From assembly GCA_963836185.1 (NCBI GenBank), contig CAWIIQ010000001.1, positions 1,248,001 to 1,312,000 of the forward strand: a DNA stretch of 64,000 nt. The letters are read 5' to 3'. This document shows positions 10,239 to 20,860 of this stretch, piece after piece. The notes beneath the pieces are model-generated. The model was not told the origin of the DNA and searched no databases. It saw nothing but the letters and a program-made list of their open reading frames with translations. The position numbers and the translations under genes are program-made. Position 1 is the stretch's first letter. The number at the start of each line of letters is the position of its first letter. This DNA is from Candidatus Krumholzibacteriia bacterium. GTDB taxonomy: Bacteria; Krumholzibacteriota; Krumholzibacteriia; Krumholzibacteriales; Krumholzibacteriaceae.

Positions 10239-13200
10239 ATGAGGAAAGCCTTAGTAGTCCTACTGGGCGTTTGCCTCCTTGCCCTGTTCGTCGGATCCGT
10301 GTCGGCGCGCGATATCGACAGAAGCGGCCTTCAGGTAATGAAAGCCGTTACGGATGACGAAAACCCTGCTCTCATCGACCAGGGTGCTCAGACACTGATG
10401 GCTTCGGCCGCAGTTGATACCTTCTGTATAATCTGGTACGACTTCGAGCCGATGTCATGGCAGGGCTGGACGAGTCTGGACAAAACTGCTCAGGTAGATA
10501 CGTTTTTCCACGTTGACGATTTCGCTGGGCTCGGCGGCGGTGCCTTCGGGCGTCTCGCTCCCATCGAAGGATCCAAGTCACTGTGGTGCGGTACCCGTGG
10601 GGGCACCGATTTCTACCTTTGCTCATGGATCAATGCACCTGGTTACGGCAACGGCTGGAACCAGTTGTGCTACACGGATGTCATTCCCTTTACTGGCATC
10701 CTTACGTGGTCATTCAAGGCTATCATCGATTCAGAGCCTGATTTTGACTTCACGCACGTAGAGTACGACGCTGGTGACGAGAACTGGGTCGAGATCGATG
10801 TATTCGATGGCGTTGACACACTCGACGCATCGTATCAGCTTCTCCTTACCCAGGCTGCCACCAAGCTTCGTTACCACTTTACCGCTGACGGTGCCTGGTC
10901 CGACCAGGACGGTCTCTGGGACACCGATGGTGCCTGCATCATCGATGAGATCTCGGTCACCGATGCCACCGGACTTCTCGATTACGAGGATTTCGAAAGC
11001 TATGCCGTTGGAAGCAAGGGCGAGCTTGGTATCTGGAACTGCTGACGTCGAAGACGCTTTCGGCGCCTACGCCGACCTCAGGAACAACCTTGTTGACAAA
11101 GATCCCTGTGCCGACAACTTCGGCGCTCAGTTGATCTTCTTCAACGGTTCATCCTATCCCAGTTCCGATTATCCCGGTATGTTCGACACTCCGTTCTGCA
11201 CGGGCCCCGGCGGGATCTCCGCCCCCTGTCAGGACGAGTCGGTCATATCGCCTATCATCGACATGAGAAGGTATTCATCGGCTTGTGACGTAAATCAGGA
11301 TATGCCCATCGACGCTGGCGACCTTGCCACGCTCGGCGGTGCCATCATGAGATTCGTCACCTACCGTGACCTTCCGTCGGAGAACCTCGTATACTACACC
11401 TGGTCGGTTAGAAGCATAGATGAAGCTACTAACTGCCCGGGGCAGTGGAGAGATCGTAACTACGTCTACTACGGTGGAGACAAGGATTACATCCAGAACG
11501 GACAGGACATCTCTGACCTCGTCGGTTCTGAGCCTGTACAGCTGACCGTTGGTGTCACTGACATGTGCGATGTCTGGTGGGAAGGCGGCAACGACTGTGC
11601 TGCCCATACACCTTCACCGTGGCTCGACAATGTACGTCTCTACCGCTACGCGACTGTAGGTCCGTCCTGGAGTTTCCGTGGCCTGGAGCTTTTCCAGGAC
11701 ACCTTCCCCCAGGAACTCGAGTTCAGCGTAGATCCTATGGAAGAGATCTGTCGCGCCGACGCGGCGAACGATATCGCCCCCGACGCGGAGCCCGATCGTA
11801 TCGATCCGGGCTGACTCGGCTGTAGTCAAGTGCGCGGCCCCTCTTGCCGGTGGCCTGGATACCCTGGCGACCGGTGAAGAGAGAGTCTACTTCCACTGCA
11901 ACGTTCATTTCCTCGGCCCCGACGGAAAGCCTGACATCGCAGGTATGATACTCGAGGGTTCGGATGGACGTTACATCAGTGATGACGGTGACTGGACCGT
12001 GTTGCTGTGTGAGCCTGCTCAGAACGCGAGCGGTGCCATCACACCCGAGACCTACGCGATCGACCTCAATGACTCGCTCTTCACGCGCGGGTACATGATC
12101 GAGTACTACTTCAAAGCGTATGACATCCTGGGCTATTCGTCGACTCTTCCGGCTTCGGCCGAGGAAGTCGATGGAAACAGGTATGAGTTTACCTGCCTGC
12201 CTACCCTGAGGACAGTTCCCGGCGTCCTGTACTGCGACGATTTCCATGGTCGCGGCACATTCGAGGGAACAGTGCAGACGTACTATGATCCGGCATTCGC
12301 GTCCGTTTCAGCTTCGGTTGACGCTATGCCCGACAGGTACGACACCAACGCACCGTCCTCCGGTGTCAGCAACGGTGTAGGCGCATACGTTTCGGCAGCT
12401 GGTCCTCAGTCGATCTTCTGCCAGGCCTATGAGAAGGTCATCTTTGATTCCGGAGATCTCAACTCGTATACGATCTCTGAGGGAACCCTGGAGAATTCCG
12501 ACAAGTCGAACGACGCTCAGCTTCTCGTAGATTGGCTGAATCAGTCGGACCACAAGGTCGGACTCCTTGTAATGGGCGACCAGATCGCTTATGACCTTTC
12601 CCTTTCGGATCAGGCGATCGCTCTCGAGCTCGTTTCCACGACCTGTGGTGTCACGCTTGAGAACTCGAGTTATTACGAGCTTACCGGTGGCCGTACGGCC
12701 GGCGGTACGATAACTCCTCTGATCACCGGTGTTGCGGGTGGACCGTACGCAGGCATGACCTACTATGCCTTCGGCGGCTGCCCGATCATCAACGACTTCG
12801 ACGTTCTTCAGACAACGGGCCCCGGCGCTTATGCACTGCAGTATCCTGACTATGCAGCCGCGCCGTACTTCGCCGGTATCCACACACCTTCACAGGTGAA
12901 CAGTGCCGGTTACCCGCTCAGGACTGTCTGGGTCGGACACAGCTTCATGCAGATCAGAGACGCTGTAGCAGGCGCTCCCGCAAGGAACACGTTCCTCGGG
13001 AAAACCTATGAGTTCTTCGAGAACGCGACGTCGGGCGATTACACCGACACCGAGCTCCCGAAGGCCTACAGCCTCGCGCAGAACTTCCCCAACCCGTTCA
13101 ACCCGTCGACGCGGATCCAGTTTGCGCTGCCCTCCAAGGGTCACGTAAGCCTGAAGATCTACAACGTGGCTGGACAGCTGGTCAAGACTCTGCAGAATGG

Positions 13201-13342
13201 TGTCATGGATGCTGGTTCTCATGAACTTACCTGGGATGGCGCTAACAATCTCGGGGCCAATGTTGCTTCCGGTGTTTACTTCTACAAGATCAACGCCGGC
13301 GACAACTATGAGAACATGAAGAAGATGGTTCTTCTGAGGTAG
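10239..13342 (+). CDS. Large secreted Cys-rich protein (~1030 aa) with FlgD-Ig/T9SS-type C-terminal domain; two +1 frameshifts (~11041, ~11811)
   Basis: Signal peptide; MAM/InhA-like beta-sandwich segment; the three ORFs join seamlessly after single-base shifts; C-terminal LAQNFPNPFNPSTRIQF...LKIYNVAGQLVKTL...WDG...VASGVYFYKI...KKMVLLR. Confidence 0.85.
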
Positions 13343-13380
13343 TACCGGGAAACCGGGAATCCTTCGAGGATTCGATCTTT

Positions 13381-13413
13381 GAGGCCGGGGCTCATACCCC
13401 GGCCTCTTTTTTT
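13381..13413 (+). terminator. Rho-independent terminator
   Basis: GAGGCCGGGG-CTCATA-CCCCGGCCTC followed by T7; preceded by a smaller GAATCCT/AGGATTC hairpin. Confidence 0.9.
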
Positions 13414-13485
13414 GGTGACTTCGGCAATCGTCGGCTGAAACAGCCCGAAACGATCATGTGGATGCGCTGAACCTCCCGAAATATA

Positions 13486-13515
13486 TTGACATGCGGAATT
13501 CCAGATACATATATT
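13486..13515 (+). promoter_or_regulatory. Sigma70-type promoter
   Basis: TTGACA-18 bp-TATATT upstream of the lipoprotein operon. Confidence 0.6.
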
Positions 13516-13566
13516 AAGTGTAGATTTGGAGAGATATATATCCTTTTGAAATAGTCCCAAAGAAGG

Positions 13567-15531
13567 GTGGAGATGAGACGTTTCAACTCAAGGAATATCA
13601 TAGGATTACTGGTGTTTGCGGCATTGGTGATCCTCATCCTCCTGCCAGCATGCAGGCAGGAGCAGGACCCGCTGGACAGGAACAGGGCTCCGGAGACGAT
13701 CCTCACGGTCGCGCCTCCAGAAACAATCAATGCCGAATACCGGGTCCATCTTTACTGGTACGGCGAGGACAAGGACGGAGTCGTTACCAGATACATGTGG
13801 TACCGTTCGGATACCTTGAGGACGCTCAGGCCCGATCTTGATCCTGAACAGGACCTGCTCGACTGGAATCCCGAGGCGAGGAAGGACGATTTCGAGGCAG
13901 GCACATATACTTCAGCGAACGATACGGTGATCGTCTTCACCGGATTCGATATTACGACTGGCGCGATGCTTAACAGGCAGGCGTTTCATATCGTAGCGGT
14001 GGATGATGGCGGGAGTATGGACAAGACGCCGGCGAGGATCCAGTTCTTCGCCCAGGTCAATTGTATTCCCGAGGTCAAATTCTGGTTCGAAAGCGAGACG
14101 ATACCGAGAAAGCCTTACGTCCCGGGCGACCTTGACACGATCAGTATGTTCGAGCCGTTCTGCGTGGAGTTCCAGGGCAGCACCTGTAACAACGTCATCA
14201 ACGGGTACCAGTGGATATACGAGGGTACCGTTTATCCAGACTTCAACAATGACGGTGTGCCTGACTGGTATATCCCCACTTATGATCCGCCTGAGGTAGT
14301 TCAGGTCTGCCTCGACAATCAGGGTGATACACGTGTTTCCGAAGGCGATTTCTACTTCAGGGTAACTGCCAGGGACGAGGCGGGAGCCAGGTCGAATGCG
14401 GATATTATCACTGGTGAGGGTGTTTTCCAGGTCGTGGTCAACCATGATCCTGATACAGAGATCACCTTTGGTGAGAGCTTTTATACAGAACAGTCGGGAA
14501 TCATCCATGAGGCTGAGAGGATCGAATTCGACCCGGCTCATCCCGACACACTGCCCTATAACTCAAGGCTCAGGATGCACTATATCGGCTGGGATGACGC
14601 CAAGGACAGCCTTGAGTATACAAACCCGCCTGTTCCGATGAGGTTCCAGTTCAAGTTCGAGCGGTGGGGGTATGGTCTCAATGGTGGTATCAACAGCCAC
14701 AAGCCTGCCTGGATGCCGGAAAAGAAGGCAGAGGATACAAACTGCAATTCAGATGAGGATTCGACGACGATGGTGATCGGCTCGTACGATTACCTGTTCC
14801 TCGCCAAGTCTTTCGACGAGCAGTACAGGTACGACCACACACCCGATACAGTCGCGTTCGTGGGCAATTTCCCACCTGGAATCGACAAGATCTCCATCGC
14901 GTTCGATTCGATACCTTATACACCCGGGCTGGAGCTGGCTGATATCAAGGGAGATACGGTCTTCATCGCGATCGGTGAGCCGCTGAGTATAAGGGATGAA
15001 GAAGATTACGTGTCCGCGTACATGGTCCAGTATGATCCGGAAACTGAGATATTCAACCAGTTCTTCAAGATCTACATCAATGGCAGTGGACACGACGATT
15101 ACCGGGATCCACCGGGATCCGGGATTATGGGCTGGCTGTTTTCTCTTACAGCGGAAGAGGACAAGTACTACCGAAACGAGGGTGAGTGGCTGTACGATTT
15201 CGATCCGGACACGCTCCTTCAGGAGATAACATTCAGACTCGTCATTCCGAGGGATCCGGACTTTCTCGATTATCCCCGCCCCGATCCCGATTTCGTCAAC
15301 GATCCTCCTCTATGGATGGGGAATCAGGATCTGGTCGTCAGGGGATCGGACCTTCACAAGACTGAGAGCTTCAGGGAATCGATCAGGGGTATCAGTCCTG
15401 TATATGTCGACAAAAATCCTTGTAACGAACTTGTGTCTCCGGGTGTATGGATCTCTCAGGACCGAGGCATCTCCAACTATGCCAGGACAGATCTATACAA
15501 CGGCTGGTTCTACATAAAGCTGGTGTACTAG
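13567..15531 (+). CDS. Large lipoprotein with Fn3/Ig-like modules, function unknown
   Basis: Lipobox LPAC; PETILTV...LYWYGEDKDGVV module, repeated in degenerate form (PDTEITF...YIGWD). Confidence 0.8.
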   Translation: MEMRRFNSRNIIGLLVFAALVILILLPACRQEQDPLDRNRAPETILTVAPPETINAEYRVHLYWYGEDKDGVVTRYMWYRSDTLRTLRPDLDPEQDLLDWNPEARKDDFEAGTYTSANDTVIVFTGFDITTGAMLNRQAFHIVAVDDGGSMDKTPARIQFFAQVNCIPEVKFWFESETIPRKPYVPGDLDTISMFEPFCVEFQGSTCNNVINGYQWIYEGTVYPDFNNDGVPDWYIPTYDPPEVVQVCLDNQGDTRVSEGDFYFRVTARDEAGARSNADIITGEGVFQVVVNHDPDTEITFGESFYTEQSGIIHEAERIEFDPAHPDTLPYNSRLRMHYIGWDDAKDSLEYTNPPVPMRFQFKFERWGYGLNGGINSHKPAWMPEKKAEDTNCNSDEDSTTMVIGSYDYLFLAKSFDEQYRYDHTPDTVAFVGNFPPGIDKISIAFDSIPYTPGLELADIKGDTVFIAIGEPLSIRDEEDYVSAYMVQYDPETEIFNQFFKIYINGSGHDDYRDPPGSGIMGWLFSLTAEEDKYYRNEGEWLYDFDPDTLLQEITFRLVIPRDPDFLDYPRPDPDFVNDPPLWMGNQDLVVRGSDLHKTESFRESIRGISPVYVDKNPCNELVSPGVWISQDRGISNYARTDLYNGWFYIKLVY

Positions 15532-15595
15532 GGATAGTCACGTGACGACCGGGCCCGGGCAGGCTGTTTCCGGGACTCAGGAGGTTGAAGGTCAA

Positions 15596-17851
15596 ATGCG
15601 AAAATTTATGCTCTATCTGATGATGCTCTCACTCCTGGCTGCGGCAGCTATGCTGGCAGGCTGTTCCGAAGGTGTCTATACAGGTGTACGGGACGAAAAC
15701 GATCCGCCGGAGATATGGCTCTCGAGTGGCCCTGTAGAGGGCGACACAACCGGCTACCAGGTACATTTTTACTGGAGCGGTTGGGATCCCGACGGGGAGA
15801 TCGATTATTTCGAGTTCGTAGTGGCAGAGGGAGATCCTATCGGGTATAACCCCGCTGATCTCGCTGACGGCAACTGGATATCGACTTCGGTGCATGACAG
15901 TGTGTTCCGTGTGCCCGCCGACGACAATGCCAGGCCCTGGGAGCCGAACGATCTCTATACGATCTATGACAAGACTCATACCTTCTTCATCAGAGCGGTC
16001 GATAAGGAAGGGAAGAAATCGGATGCTGCGACCAGGTCGTTTACAGCATGGACCCTTGCCCCGACGATCGAGATAGAGCGGCCGATCGGTACTACGCGCA
16101 CTTACAGTACAGTGATCACTTTCGGCTGGACGGGAGTGGACCCGATCGACAGCCCGCAGAACACCCAGGATCCCGATTCGATGCGGTACCTGTGGTCTCA
16201 GGTCGTTGATAAAAGCGGCGTGTACGATGCTACCTTTAATATTATCGCGGATCTCAACCAGAACCCGGAGGATTACGAAGATCTGTGGAGTCCCTGGATA
16301 TGGTACCGTGCCGATGGGGATTCAGGCAGGGAGACGATTCTCGGTGACGATGAGATCCTCGAACTTAACAGGAGCCATATATTCGCTCTAATGGCCAAGG
16401 ACGATGCGGGAGCCGTGACTTCCGTGTTCCAGACGAACAGGAACGTCAGGCAGTTCCTGGTGTCGTTCAAACAGGGACCGCTTCTCACGGTCTCGGAGAC
16501 GTTTCTAGGCAGTAACAGGTTCCTCGGCACGGAAATGAATTACGTGCAGAGTGACCTGCCGCCAGGTGTCCCCCTGAACTTCAGGTGGACCGCGACGGCG
16601 GAAGATTACGGCGGAGAGATAAAGAGCTACAGGTACGGCTGGGATATTCAGCAGCTTGATGATCCATCCCAGTGGTCCGTTACTGCGAGTCCGTTCATCA
16701 AGACTGCCGAACCGAAGACATTTTTCTCGGGAGTGCACAGGTTTCTCGTAGAGGTAGTCGATAACGGACAGAAGATAACGTATGGAAAAATAGAGGTCAC
16801 GATCATACCGTTCTCGATGGAGAGAAGTGTTCTCTGGGTGGACGACTATCCTCTCGGCGGGGAGGATCCGGTAATGACAAATCCATCCGAGACCGTACAC
16901 GATACATTCTGGGTGGATATATGCAGCAACGCTATCGATTTCAGGCCTGACAGAGATGTATATGATGTGGCGTCGCAAAATAACAAACCGCCCGAGATGA
17001 GACAGATCGGATTATACGCTAATATCATATGGACCTACAGTTCGGCGATAACCACAGCTTGGCAGCAGGTGATCCCGTTTGTTCCCGAATCGATGATCGG
17101 GACAGGGACACAGCTGACGGTCAACTACCTGTCTCTATTCCTGGCCAAGGGCGGACATCTGCTGTCATCGGGCAGAGCTGACAGGTCCGGTGGCGGCCTG
17201 GTCGAAGCGTTCCCTTCGATGCCCCTGCTTCCCGCATCGTTCAAGTACGATATGGCGGGAGTAAACTCTGAAGATACTAGCGGTGTCAACTCGATGCCGT
17301 ACAAGGATTACTGTGTCAGTGTCGTGGACAAGGTCTCGGGAATGTTCCATAGCGGCGAGGATATGGCTCCTAATATCAACAGATCCATCGCCAGGGATGG
17401 GCTTGCTGACATTTACAAAGAGGCCGATGATGGAGGCGATGACGGGATCGGGGATTATCCCGGATTCCCTGAACATCTGACTCTCGATGACCTGGTGACT
17501 TGTTCGTCCTGTTTCTTCAATCCCCAGTATAGAGGATTTACATACGTCGAGGTATATGATCCGGCGTACTGGCTGGAATTCAAGCTCATTCCATCCTCAT
17601 TGGGCTGTTACAACGCGATGTACAGGATGCATGCGGTCTCGACGAACTCCCCGATCGATGAGCAGGCCGTTGCTGTCATCATCACAAAGTACAGGAAGAA
17701 CTTTGAGGCGGATATCGCGAATGGCGTACCGGTGACTATCCTTCCGGCGGACAGTTTCCATTTCGGATTCCCGTTGTGGTTTTTCGAGCACGACAAGGTC
17801 TATCAGATAATGGACGAGATATTTGCTGAATGGCAGATTGCAGCTGAATAG
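15596..17851 (+). CDS. Large lipoprotein with Fn3/Ig-like modules and C-terminal alpha/beta (GATase-like) domain
   Basis: ATG 15596 after an SD sequence, lipobox LAGC; repeated W-x-G-x-D-P-D-G modules; C-terminal VLWVDD...NIIWTY...FLAKGGHLLSSG. Confidence 0.8.
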   Translation: MRKFMLYLMMLSLLAAAAMLAGCSEGVYTGVRDENDPPEIWLSSGPVEGDTTGYQVHFYWSGWDPDGEIDYFEFVVAEGDPIGYNPADLADGNWISTSVHDSVFRVPADDNARPWEPNDLYTIYDKTHTFFIRAVDKEGKKSDAATRSFTAWTLAPTIEIERPIGTTRTYSTVITFGWTGVDPIDSPQNTQDPDSMRYLWSQVVDKSGVYDATFNIIADLNQNPEDYEDLWSPWIWYRADGDSGRETILGDDEILELNRSHIFALMAKDDAGAVTSVFQTNRNVRQFLVSFKQGPLLTVSETFLGSNRFLGTEMNYVQSDLPPGVPLNFRWTATAEDYGGEIKSYRYGWDIQQLDDPSQWSVTASPFIKTAEPKTFFSGVHRFLVEVVDNGQKITYGKIEVTIIPFSMERSVLWVDDYPLGGEDPVMTNPSETVHDTFWVDICSNAIDFRPDRDVYDVASQNNKPPEMRQIGLYANIIWTYSSAITTAWQQVIPFVPESMIGTGTQLTVNYLSLFLAKGGHLLSSGRADRSGGGLVEAFPSMPLLPASFKYDMAGVNSEDTSGVNSMPYKDYCVSVVDKVSGMFHSGEDMAPNINRSIARDGLADIYKEADDGGDDGIGDYPGFPEHLTLDDLVTCSSCFFNPQYRGFTYVEVYDPAYWLEFKLIPSSLGCYNAMYRMHAVSTNSPIDEQAVAVIITKYRKNFEADIANGVPVTILPADSFHFGFPLWFFEHDKVYQIMDEIFAEWQIAAE

Positions 17852-17865
17852 TTGAAGGAGGAGTA

Positions 17866-19197
17866 GTGATTTCCATCCGTTGGATCAAAATTCTATTGGT
17901 ATTTGCCGTCCTTGCAGTCGGTCTGAACGGACCGGCGAGGACGCAGAGCGAGATAGATACGATGGTACTCGTTCCACAGGCGCCCGACTCGTATTACGTG
18001 GAGAGGAGGGGGGCAAATATCGTCATAGGATGGTATCCTCCTGCTGACAGTGTCGGCAGGGTGATAGGTTCGAGAGACTATACGAACTGGTATGGCACTC
18101 ATACTGCGGTCGACGGAGTCACAGTATCCTTTACCGGCTATTATACAAACGGCTGGATCGACAGGCAGGTCTTGATAGCAAAATACGACAGGAATTCGTA
18201 CGAGGTGGGAGTCTCCCCCAGTATCCCCATGAAACTTGAAACGGTCGATATGTTTGACAGGACGTTCCAGAAGAACTTCGATATCGGCACGGAGTACTAT
18301 ACTCCCGGCGATCCGATAGAGATGACACTCAAAGAGATCGTCGGTGCCGGCGAGGATCCCCTTATACTCGAACTAGGGTTCAATGTCCACTTCAGTGAGG
18401 GTTTGATCGATACGAGCCTGTATGGTTCTGCCGCCCAGATCCTTCTCGATACTCAGGATTTCGAAGGATTCCATATCTGGCGGGGCCTCTCACCTTTTCC
18501 TTCCGATATGCAGGCTATAGGGGAGATCTCCAAGGAGGATTACTTCAAGGTCTCGATCTTCGACGCGATCGAGGATGTTCCCCAGAAATGGAAATGGCTC
18601 TGGGAGTATTTCAGGGACAATATCGAACCTGCCTGGCCGCGACAGGACAGTCAGGGTAAATGGTATTATGAGTGGGTTGACGAGAATTCCTACTCAGGGT
18701 TCACTTATTATTATAATGTCACTACTTTCGACAGAGGGTTTTTCAGGGGTTTCAATACATACAACAAGCTGGACAATTTCATCTGTGATGAGGATCTTGA
18801 GAATCCTGAGACTCCCGGATATCCCGTGGATTGCGATACGATGAGCCTGGCTTTCGAGATGACCGTCGATACAGGGACTGATATCGGTAAGGTATATGCG
18901 GTTCCCAATCCATACCGGACAGGTACTTCGGAACAGACAACGCCTTACTATCACAACTATCCCGACATGACCATCAAGTTCTTCAATATGCCGAGCGAGG
19001 CGCAGATCAAGATCTACACGGTTGCTGGAGATCTCGTATGGGAGGGATCCCACATGAGCGAGGACGGTTCGGACGGTATACTTGACTGGGATGTGAGGAA
19101 TAACGGCGGACAGGATGTCGGATCGGGCGTTTACATCTACAGGGTGGAAGCCTCGAACGGTGAGGAAGTGTACGGCAGGCTCATAGTTATCCGCTGA
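17866..19197 (+). CDS. Secreted protein with T9SS/FlgD-like C-terminal domain
   Basis: Signal peptide; DFEGFHIWR and YYYNVTTFD Fn3-like motifs; VYAVPNPY...IKIYTVAGDLV...WD...GSGVYIY...GRLIVIR. Confidence 0.85.
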   Translation: MISIRWIKILLVFAVLAVGLNGPARTQSEIDTMVLVPQAPDSYYVERRGANIVIGWYPPADSVGRVIGSRDYTNWYGTHTAVDGVTVSFTGYYTNGWIDRQVLIAKYDRNSYEVGVSPSIPMKLETVDMFDRTFQKNFDIGTEYYTPGDPIEMTLKEIVGAGEDPLILELGFNVHFSEGLIDTSLYGSAAQILLDTQDFEGFHIWRGLSPFPSDMQAIGEISKEDYFKVSIFDAIEDVPQKWKWLWEYFRDNIEPAWPRQDSQGKWYYEWVDENSYSGFTYYYNVTTFDRGFFRGFNTYNKLDNFICDEDLENPETPGYPVDCDTMSLAFEMTVDTGTDIGKVYAVPNPYRTGTSEQTTPYYHNYPDMTIKFFNMPSEAQIKIYTVAGDLVWEGSHMSEDGSDGILDWDVRNNGGQDVGSGVYIYRVEASNGEEVYGRLIVIR

Positions 19198-19219
19198 TCC
19201 CGTTCAGCCCAGATCTTTG

Positions 19220-19254
19220 ATGACCGCTCCGCTGACGGGGGCGGTCATTTTTTT
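19220..19254 (+). terminator. Rho-independent terminator
   Basis: ATGACCGCTCCG-CTGA-CGGGGGCGGTCAT stem followed by a T-run. Confidence 0.85.
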
Positions 19255-19289
19255 AGGCGCGGCAGGGGCGGAAGTATTCGGTGAGGGGG

Positions 19290-19318
19290 TTGACATGGGA
19301 CATTCTTTCGTTCAGAAT
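19290..19318 (+). promoter_or_regulatory. Possible sigma70 promoter
   Basis: TTGACA-17 bp-CAGAAT. Confidence 0.5.
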
Positions 19319-19356
19319 CCGGTCCGGACAGTCCAGGTGGCAGGAATGACCGACAG

Positions 19357-20286
19357 GTGGTGACGATGCTCAGAACGAACAAACAATATCTGGTGGAGAA
19401 GGCCGTTTCCGGAAAGATCTCGAGCCCGCGGATCCCGTTGAAGAATCCGTGGCTGATCGATACCGACGGTGCGCCGCATGTCATGCCGGGCACGGGAGGG
19501 ATCACCTATAATGTTTCTGTAGGTGATTCAGCCCTGGACTTTGTCGGAGATCATATCGAGCCGGGAGTAAGCGTGACCCTGAAGAGCTCCGAGGCGGAAC
19601 GAAGTGTTCTCGGCGGGCTCAGCATATTGACATGTGTCGGTAATGAGGCAAAGGTGATGTCGGGACAAGCGCTTGGCGCCAGAGGTGTAGTGACGGGCAA
19701 ACATGGCGGAGTAGAGCACGTGATCATTGATTTCTCTAGCGCCACGCTTGATAAGCTCGCGATCGGGGACACGATTCAGATCAGGTCTCTCGGCCAGGGG
19801 CTGCAGCTGAAGGATTACCCCGATGTGCATGTCATGAACATCGATCCGGGACTGCTCGCGAAGCTCGGGATAGTATCCCGTACCAAGCAGATGATAGTCC
19901 CCGTGACTCATGTCATCCCCGCTTCTATCATGGGCTCGGGACTTGGATCGAGGCACAGTTACAGCGGAGACTACGATATTCAGATCGGTGAACAGGGATC
20001 GATACGGAAATTCGGGCTGCAGAACCTGAGGATCGGCGATGTGATCGCCATAAGCGATGCGGATTGCAGGTTCGGAAGAACTATAAGACCGGGCGCAATA
20101 ACCATCGGTGTAGTCGTTCACGGGGCGTGTGTCACGAGTGGGCATGGTCCCGGCGTGACAGTCCTTATGACAACGGTGAAAAAGCTCATAGTACCCAGGA
20201 TAGAAGAGAGCGCTAATCTGGCCAACTGTCTCGGGACGGGCGGCCCGAAGAAGGCCGGGCGCCCTCGAAACAGGAGAAGGCATTAA
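19357..20286 (+). CDS. DUF4438 family protein
   Basis: MLRTNK start, PGTGGITYNV, GDHIEPGVS, GVVTGKHGGVEHV, MGSGLG, GDYDI, GHGPGVT. Confidence 0.85.
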   Translation: MVTMLRTNKQYLVEKAVSGKISSPRIPLKNPWLIDTDGAPHVMPGTGGITYNVSVGDSALDFVGDHIEPGVSVTLKSSEAERSVLGGLSILTCVGNEAKVMSGQALGARGVVTGKHGGVEHVIIDFSSATLDKLAIGDTIQIRSLGQGLQLKDYPDVHVMNIDPGLLAKLGIVSRTKQMIVPVTHVIPASIMGSGLGSRHSYSGDYDIQIGEQGSIRKFGLQNLRIGDVIAISDADCRFGRTIRPGAITIGVVVHGACVTSGHGPGVTVLMTTVKKLIVPRIEESANLANCLGTGGPKKAGRPRNRRRH

Positions 20287-20304
20287 AAAAGGAGGAACCT
20301 GTCA

Positions 20305-20850
20305 ATGCCGCAGTGGAAAAAACTATTGCCTGAACTGGACTGGATAGCCGATGGCGATCTAAGGGATCTTGTCGAAAAGGTATGGGAGGACGCTTTTCAA
20401 CTTGGAGGATGGGAGGATGGCGATCTCGATTCGATTCCCTTTACACTTCTCGTTCAGGACACTGATATCAACCTGTTCGATCATACAAGGATCGTTACTC
20501 ATCTGTGCAGGCAGATAGCGCAACCGTTGAAGGAGATGCAGGGGCTTGAGATAAATGACGATTATCTTATCGCCGGCGCTCTTCTGCACGATGTGGGCAA
20601 GTTGCTCGAATACGAGAAAGTAGATGGAAAGGTCGTCGTTGCCAGGAGCGGCAGGCTTCTGCGCCACCCGCTGTCAGGTATGGGCCTGACGGTCAAGTGG
20701 GGTCTCCCCGAGGAGATCAGCCACTCGATAGCGGTCCATTCGCGGGAGGGCGAGAGGTCGCCTCGCAGCGTGGAGGCTACCGTCATCCATCACGCCGACT
20801 TCATTATGTTTCATTCGTTCAAGAGCAAGAAAGAATTCCCCGACATCTGA
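20305..20850 (+). CDS. HD-domain phosphohydrolase
   Basis: LFDHT, ALLHDVGKLLEY, RHP, HHAD motifs. Confidence 0.85.
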   Translation: MPQWKKLLPELDWIADGDLRDLVEKVWEDAFQLGGWEDGDLDSIPFTLLVQDTDINLFDHTRIVTHLCRQIAQPLKEMQGLEINDDYLIAGALLHDVGKLLEYEKVDGKVVVARSGRLLRHPLSGMGLTVKWGLPEEISHSIAVHSREGERSPRSVEATVIHHADFIMFHSFKSKKEFPDI

Positions 20851-20860
20851 CAGGGGAGCG

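Noticed and set aside
11040-11815. TGA stops at 11043 and 11812 as selenocysteine or readthrough
   Set aside because: In-frame continuation is non-protein-like; the protein continues in the +1 frame, so these are frameshifts.
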